From Cyanidioschyzon merolae (lineage: Eukaryota), in assembly GCA_000091205.1 (NCBI GenBank), contig AP006497.2: 64,000 bases of DNA; one strand, written 5' to 3'. The number at the start of each line of letters is the position of its first letter. The first letter of the stretch is position 1. The notes beneath the pieces are model-generated. The model saw nothing but the letters and a program-made list of their open reading frames with translations, did not search any database and was not told the DNA's origin. Positions 59,261-64,000 of the stretch are shown piece after piece. The position numbers were made by a program, and so were the translations under genes.

Positions 59261-59735
59261 AGCAGGGACAATTGCCAAGGAAACCTCGAGGTACAGATTG
59301 TGCGTGAGAAAGCCTCACACGAGCGCTTCACGCGCGCAAACTGGTTTTTGGATGACGATTACCGCACGGAGAGTCGCGTCCGAGCCCAACGCGATGCATA
59401 CATCGCGATAAAGCGCACAGACTTTCACAGCATACGTCGGATACTCGCCTATCGCAGCACAGTTCGCGTCGATGACGAGACCGTTACATGGTGCAGTTTT
59501 TAGCGTGCAAATGCTCAGGATATGATATCCCGACGACTCCAAGCTCCGCAAAGCCAATATCGACGCAAATTCTACGCTGCAGCCGGACGCTTTGGTGCTG
59601 CGGCTCTGGGTTACAGGGCTCTAGCGCCTGGTGACGGCATGCGGCTGCACCTGGAGATGTCGGTGACGCCCGGATCCACATATATCCACTATTGCCTGAA
59701 CCAGTTCTCAAATCGACGGCGTATCCGCAGCGATT

Positions 59736-60797
59736 TCAGATATCCACGATAACGAAAACCTCGTAAACGCGCTCGGGGTCGTTGTCGGCAGCTGTCTCTG
59801 CCGGTGTTCGTTTACGAATCGTCATTGCGCTGTACGTGATCGCTTTTACCTCAGTGCCAGTGCCGTGTTTTTGTGGGTCAAAAGCCTCACCGAATGCAGT
59901 GACTTGCATCTGATAGGATTCTCGAGCTTCAGCGGTTAACTGGCCTTCCGAATCATTTAAATCGCTTTCTCGAAATAACTCTTTGTCGGAGACTGGTATT
60001 TGCCACGCCGTCACCAGCACTCGTGCAGCCACGAAGCCGTCCACGTGAAATCGATATAGACCCTCGGACAGAAAGTCGTACAGAAGACTCTTGAGATCGT
60101 GACCCCGAGCGCTCCACGTTTGCGGACTCGCATCCAAGCGCGCACGCACTTGTTCCACGTTGAGCATGACCCCGTAGAGTCCCAGCAGGCACTGGGCGAA
60201 CGCCCCAGGCAATGAGCTCGACCACGCATGGATCATGACGTCGGCAGTGTGGTCAAGATACGTAAACTGGCCACGCGAGTCTAGAATGCTCGCCTCGGCG
60301 ATCGCAACCGGGAACGCGTCGAGTGCCTCAGGCTGCTCCTCCGTTCGCTCCGGGACGTGGTGAGCACCAGAGTCCCGACACAAACGCTGACTTGAACCAG
60401 AGGCGTGGGCGCCTTCCTCGCCCTGCCCCATAGGATCATGCGTTTGGTCAAGTACCGCTTGCCCTGGCTGGTGCAGACTCTCCAGTGAAGAGGCAGCCGT
60501 CGTCGCTGGCTCAGACGTGCGAACCGTAGCCCGCCGCTGGCAACGGGGCCCCGCGGGACGCCTCGGAAGTGAACGGAACCCCCATTCGATCATATGCGGG
60601 TCAAGAGACATACTGTGGCACTGTTTGCTTTCAGGCAAGCGTCCAGTGCTGGCGTCGAGTCGCACGTTCAATACCCGAACTGAGTTTTGTCCACAAGCGA
60701 CTTGTATCGCTGAGAAGCTATCTCCCAGCCGCGTACGGCGTTGCGCATGTGCTGGCGTCCTGCCGACGCACCGATGACTCCCAGGTCGTTGCCGCAT
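59736..60797 (-). CDS. Archease (RtcB tRNA-ligase cofactor) homolog; probable true start at internal Met near 60431
   Basis: The C-terminal about 180 aa match archease: FTYLDHTADVMIHAWSSSL, SLLYDFLSEGLYRF, GTEVKAITYSAMTI, YEVFVIVDI. The N-terminal about 120 aa of the ORF are Arg/Pro-rich without homology, so the ORF is likely over-extended. Confidence 0.7.
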   Translation of the reverse strand: MRQRPGSHRCVGRTPAHAQRRTRLGDSFSAIQVACGQNSVRVLNVRLDASTGRLPESKQCHSMSLDPHMIEWGFRSLPRRPAGPRCQRRATVRTSEPATTAASSLESLHQPGQAVLDQTHDPMGQGEEGAHASGSSQRLCRDSGAHHVPERTEEQPEALDAFPVAIAEASILDSRGQFTYLDHTADVMIHAWSSSLPGAFAQCLLGLYGVMLNVEQVRARLDASPQTWSARGHDLKSLLYDFLSEGLYRFHVDGFVAARVLVTAWQIPVSDKELFRESDLNDSEGQLTAEARESYQMQVTAFGEAFDPQKHGTGTEVKAITYSAMTIRKRTPAETAADNDPERVYEVFVIVDI

Positions 60798-62096
60798 TCA
60801 CTTGTGAACTTGGGTGCCTGTGGGGCCACCTAAACAGCATAAATCCAGAAAGCATGGCGTTTGGAGTGGTTCCGCAGACACCAAGGCAACAGCCGTCTTT
60901 TTTTCGTTCGCGAACGACGTGCTGTTTCGTGCAACGAACTGCGCAGAGCTCTCCCGCAGTCCTGCGAGCGGCTAGTGCGCTCTCCTGGAACGAAGGCGGA
61001 GCCCAGAGGCCGCTTTGGTTCGTTCCCCCGGCCACAGGAGGACAATCTAAACATTGTGCGAGTGGTAGTCTGTTGATCGCTGCCTCTGACGGGAAACCGG
61101 CGCACACGAACTTGAACCGTCAACGTTCGGGGCCTGCATATCGACCGTCGCGGGACACCAGGCGCGGTGGACACCACCGTGCAGGCGGACGCCCCCAAGC
61201 AAGGCGTTCCGAACAGCAGTGTTTCGTGCTCGTCGCCAACCCGTGCAGACGACCAACGCAGCGCCCGATTATTGAAGTTCGGGCAAGCAAGGCTGTCTTT
61301 GGGAAACGAGCAACGGTGCGGACCCGAGCGCGAAGACGCCTTCGCGCTGCTGCACGGCAAGTGCTGGTGATCTGGGGACGCAGCGACTTTTCCTACGTTA
61401 TTCACGGCTTACCGGAATGTCTCTTTGTGTCGTGGAAAGACCTGCTACAGGAAATGATGGAAGCTTTGCAACGGTCTGGTTGTGCGCATGAGAAAGCTCG
61501 TGCTCCGCCACGTCTACCGCAGCACCCACACGACGCCTCCTCTTCATCAAATGGGCAGGCGTCTGCCGCGGAATCCACCAAAGACGGTTCTCCAGCCGCG
61601 CAGTTGACTCAAACAGATGAAAAACCCACTACAGACGCGTTTCGACGACAGTAGCGCCAATGTCACTGCAGTGAAGCGGCGCTCGAACCATACCAGCATG
61701 ACGACTCAGACAAGAGCTGGAAGTACTGTATCGCATGAGCCGATGTTGGCGACCATTCTTCCATTCCATTGAGGAGTAGAATCGATGATGCGAGGAGGTC
61801 GCCATGCGCGCTAGTGGATGATAGCGAATAGAGCGAAACGGCATTCAGTGCTGTGGCCGACGACAGTGCCCCAGATGCATGCCCCTAGCCCAATGCCCCT
61901 ATTCTGATCACGATACCTGCAGCGATGCCTTGGTGTAGCGTTTTTCGGATGCAATACAGGCAGGCTGCATCGAATGGATGCGGAATATGGCGGGAAACGG
62001 GACACGTGTGCCTTGAATGAACCCCGCGATCATGAGGAACAAGCGGACTCGCCCGTGTGTGTATCAACCGCGTCTCCTTGCGGTGTTCACATTCCG

Positions 62097-62540
62097 CTGA
62101 TAAAGCGCTTTGCTGAGTACGAGACGTTCTCGTGATGAGAGCGCAGCCCCGGTGCTTGTCTCTCGCAGTGATCACGCCCATGGCAGAGCACTGGGAACCC
62201 CCGCATTGCACTCATAAAGCGCTTTGCTGAGTACGAGACGTTCTCGTGATGAGAGCGCAGCCCCGGTGCTTGTCTCTCGCAGTGATCACGCCCATGGCAG
62301 AGCACTGGGAACCCCCGCATTGCACTCATAAAGCGCTTTGCTGAGTACGAGACGTTCTCGTGATGAGAGCGCAGCCCCGGTGCTTGTCTCTCGCAGTGAT
62401 CACGCCCATGGCAGAGCACTGGGAACCCCCGCATTCCACTCATAACGCGCTTTGCTGAGTACGAGACGTTCTCGTGATGAGAGCGCAGCCCCGGTGCTTG
62501 TCTCTCGCAGTGATCACGCCCATGGCAGAGCACTAGGAAC
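62097..62540. repeat. Tandem satellite, about 115-bp unit x about 3.9
   Basis: The unit 'cataaagcgctttgctgagtacgagacgttctcgtgatgagagcgcagccccggtgcttgtctctcgcagtgatcacgcccatggcagagcactgggaacccccgcattgcact' is repeated head-to-tail; the last copy has point substitutions. Confidence 0.85.
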
Positions 62541-63900
62541 CGGAACGAGTGCGTGCACTGCGATTCAGCTTGAGAATGAGGAGATCCTCGATACCATGTG
62601 CTAAACGAATACCTGGTGGACAGCAAATATCCCGACCATATCGCCGCTCTTCGAGTTGCATACGCGCCACACTGATTGCTAAAAACGGAGGCGGTATCAC
62701 GTCGCGCTCCACGAACACATCGATGGCTCGTACGATCCAGTTCACGAACCCGAGTTGAAGGTCGGTGCATTCCTCCAGATCGGTCGGACGAACTGGCAGC
62801 CGCATTCGAAAGCCACGGGGGTGCAGTACACCCGATACATCAACGGCATAAAAACCCGCATGAATAGGCAGCATGTTCACCGGATCGATTTGGAGCTGTC
62901 GTAGAACAGCCCGATAACAGTGGTCGATCGGTTGTGCTGATCCGTTTTGCACAGCGCTTAATGCCGCTTCATCAGTGTAAACAATGAGGTTATAGAGTGG
63001 TCCGCAAAACGTCAGTGAGTTACGTCGATTCCGAGCGCAGCGGTGGTAAACATGCAGGTCCGCATAGAGCGGCTCCAACGGCACACTAAGATAGATGTCA
63101 GGCTGTTGATAGCGTTGAATCACCGCAGGGATCATGGTTTTCGAGTGTCTGTTTCGGGACCTTGCCGAGCTGGCACGGTTCGGTCGCAGCATCCCCGTCA
63201 GGCTAGTGAGTGCGGGGTGTAGAGGCGCCAACCACTGAGGCCCCGGTGACTGCTCCACTGCTGCAGACGCTTTCTGCACAGTCGCTGCCTGAGCTGCCTG
63301 CCGGTGCTGTTGGTTGCGTAGGCCCCAGCGCGACTCTTGGAGTGATCTAGCAACGCGACTGGCAACCTGAGGCTGCACGCGAGCCGAGGCTAGCGCCGCT
63401 CGTTGCACAGCGATCCAGCCCTGCATGTGCCTCTCGGAACAACCGGCGTTTGTTGAGCTATACCAACAGCTGGACGTGAAACTCAAACTTCGAAACTGAA
63501 GTATAAACGCTCTGAAAGAAAACAACGCCAACGCTGCAGCGGCAGGTGCGCTGTCGTCTCTCGGAACACTGAAACCGATGATTGTATGCCGCTGAATGCC
63601 ATGGTTGTGGGCAAAGCAGCGAATTCTGGAGAACCTGTACCAGAACACCCTATTTATCTTGGTTTCCCCAAAGGCATGGAACAAAGGGAAAGTATCGAGT
63701 AGAGTGGAGACAAGTCCCGCAACGTCTGTGTGCTGTGCCTGCTGGCATGACCTGTACCAGAACACGCTATTTATCTTGGTTTCCCCAAAGGCATGGAACA
63801 AAGGGAAAGTATCGAGTAGAGTGGAGACAAGTCCCGCAACGACTGTGTGCTGTGCCTGCTGGCATGAAGGAGAACGGCATGACGTGTCGGTGTCAGTCAC
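62533..63900 (-). CDS. Hypothetical protein; only the C-terminal about 300 aa (62533-about 63450) look like a genuine globular domain
   Basis: Long ORF with a non-repetitive, non-low-complexity C-terminal half (…YNLIVYTDEAALSAVQNG…LPIHAGFYAVDVSG…FVNWIVRAIDVFVERD…). I cannot assign a family. The N-terminal part runs through the 117-bp tandem repeats and is probably an artefact. Confidence 0.3.
   Translation of the reverse strand: MTDTDTSCRSPSCQQAQHTVVAGLVSTLLDTFPLFHAFGETKINSVFWYRSCQQAQHTDVAGLVSTLLDTFPLFHAFGETKINRVFWYRFSRIRCFAHNHGIQRHTIIGFSVPRDDSAPAAAALALFSFRAFILQFRSLSFTSSCWYSSTNAGCSERHMQGWIAVQRAALASARVQPQVASRVARSLQESRWGLRNQQHRQAAQAATVQKASAAVEQSPGPQWLAPLHPALTSLTGMLRPNRASSARSRNRHSKTMIPAVIQRYQQPDIYLSVPLEPLYADLHVYHRCARNRRNSLTFCGPLYNLIVYTDEAALSAVQNGSAQPIDHCYRAVLRQLQIDPVNMLPIHAGFYAVDVSGVLHPRGFRMRLPVRPTDLEECTDLQLGFVNWIVRAIDVFVERDVIPPPFLAISVARMQLEERRYGRDICCPPGIRLAHGIEDLLILKLNRSARTRSGS
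63634..63867. repeat. Tandem repeat, 117-bp unit x2
   Basis: 'cctgtaccagaacac.ctatttatcttggtttccccaaaggcatggaacaaagggaaagtatcgagtagagtggagacaagtcccgcaacg.ctgtgtgctgtgcctgctggcatga' occurs twice in direct succession. Confidence 0.85.
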
Positions 63901-64000
63901 TTTTTCGGTCAGCAGGCGGATGAACTACCCGCGCCGTTGTTCCTATGCTGATAGCCTTGCACCGAAAACAGAACTTGGGAAACTCTATTCACACCACTGT

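Noticed and set aside
60569-61654. 361-aa Arg/Ala/Pro-rich ORF (+) and overlapping 191-aa ORF (-)
   Set aside because: Low-complexity composition with no domain signatures. It overlaps the probably over-extended N-terminus of the archease ORF, so it is likely compositional artefact; the region may instead hold regulatory or UTR sequence.
62097-62540. Direct repeat array considered as CRISPR-like
   Set aside because: The units are contiguous with no unique spacers, the unit length of 115 bp is far outside CRISPR repeat sizes, and the context is eukaryotic.
62087-62770. 227-aa ORF with an internally repeated peptide (FPVLCHGRDHCERQAPGLRSHHENVSYSAKRF x4)
   Set aside because: The repetition is simply translation of the 115-bp tandem satellite, with no independent evidence for a repeat protein.

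Overview
This 64-kb window looks like GC-rich eukaryotic nuclear DNA. Most genes are long single ORFs on alternating strands. Several have N-terminal extensions that look like mitochondrial presequences, and at least one splice event is inferred. The lineage cannot be fixed from sequence alone; composition and gene set would fit a stramenopile/oomycete-like or similar intron-poor protist.

Recognisable housekeeping genes: glycine C-acetyltransferase (KBL/GCAT), mitochondrial EF-G-like GTPase, adrenodoxin-type ferredoxin, serine hydroxymethyltransferase, branched-chain aminotransferase, RFC small subunit, two plant-type glutaminyl cyclase paralogs, an EamA/DMT transporter, proteasome beta-5, a PRXL2-type thioredoxin-fold protein, a twin-Cx9C CHCH protein, SRP54, a PP2A B-double-prime regulatory subunit, a WDR4/Trm82 homolog and archease.

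Between these genes lie repeat-rich accessory islands. The most notable content is a family of eukaryotic TnpB/Fanzor-like RuvC nuclease elements, recognised by a conserved RDxNAAxNI RuvC-III signature. There are five copies, all decayed. Two are fused downstream of Tc1/mariner(IS630)-like DDE transposase remnants. Two form a near-identical 2.6-kb inverted duplication flanking a truncated non-LTR retrotransposon RT. One is a MITE-like internal-deletion derivative.

Several tandem repeat arrays are present (about 84, 80, 91, 115 and 117-bp units, a (TG)n microsatellite and a coding minisatellite). No rRNA, tRNA or CRISPR features could be supported. The ORF track counts TTG/GTG/CTG as starts, so many listed N-termini are over-extended.
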